Below are positions 63,901-64,000 of a stretch of 64,000 nt of DNA, one piece after another. Positions within the stretch are counted from its first letter, which is position 1, and each line of letters begins with the position of its first letter. The notes below the pieces were generated by a model, which saw only the letters and a program-made list of their open reading frames with translations, did not search any database and was not told where the DNA came from. The DNA is from Pristiophorus japonicus (lineage: Eukaryota), in the NCBI RefSeq assembly GCF_044704955.1, contig NC_091980.1:176700001-176764000 (forward strand), read 5' to 3'. A program made the position numbers and the translations under genes.

Positions 63901-64000
63901 CTATGGGCTCTGATGTTCCTGATGCGATGAAGTTGAATCAATTGTCTCTTACGTAGCACCATGATGCAGAAGGCTCGCATCAGGTATGACATTGTCAGTA
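60917..64000. mobile_element. Second PIF/Harbinger transposon (opposite orientation, internally deleted, continues beyond the window)
   Basis: Starts gtggctcaattttc; acidic/coiled-coil ORF remnant on + (61817-~62810) converges on a transposase remnant on -. Confidence 0.75.
63070..63992 (-). pseudogene. Harbinger transposase pseudogene, internally deleted
   Basis: LGRRPYPPLVYRDRHSYLHLSDAEC, VTAALSFYASGSFQ, GCIDCTHI, PGSTHAAFILRES; stops, frameshifts and a missing GDxGY-to-E segment. Confidence 0.88.

Overview
This is repeat-dense vertebrate genomic DNA. The repeat set (DeuSINE/SacSINE1-type SINEs, CR1, L2, RTE, Tx1, Harbinger) points to a cartilaginous fish, probably a shark; that assignment is an inference. 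Two protein-coding genes lie tail-to-tail. SUSD6 (+) shows four coding exons at 18198-29926 and a ~4 kb 3'UTR; its start-codon/signal-peptide exon was not found. BUB1B/BubR1 (-) shows its last six coding exons at 46256-54824, covering the kinase-like domain. The rest is nested retroelements, two decayed two-gene PIF/Harbinger transposons, low-complexity satellites and three N gaps. Most long ORFs in the supplied track are artefacts of satellites or gaps, or are LINE fragments. Best leads: (1) a 45-nt tandem duplication of a SUSD6 3' splice site whose upstream copy reads into an in-frame stop; (2) a LINE whose APE-RT ORF sits directly behind a tRNA-like Pol III head; (3) BubR1 with the catalytic Asp replaced (HGD->HGG); (4) a ~0.9 kb block apparently copied from a BUB1B intron into a SUSD6 intron; (5) a Tx1 LINE nested in a solo LTR. 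Exon boundaries were read to the base; repeat boundaries are approximate.
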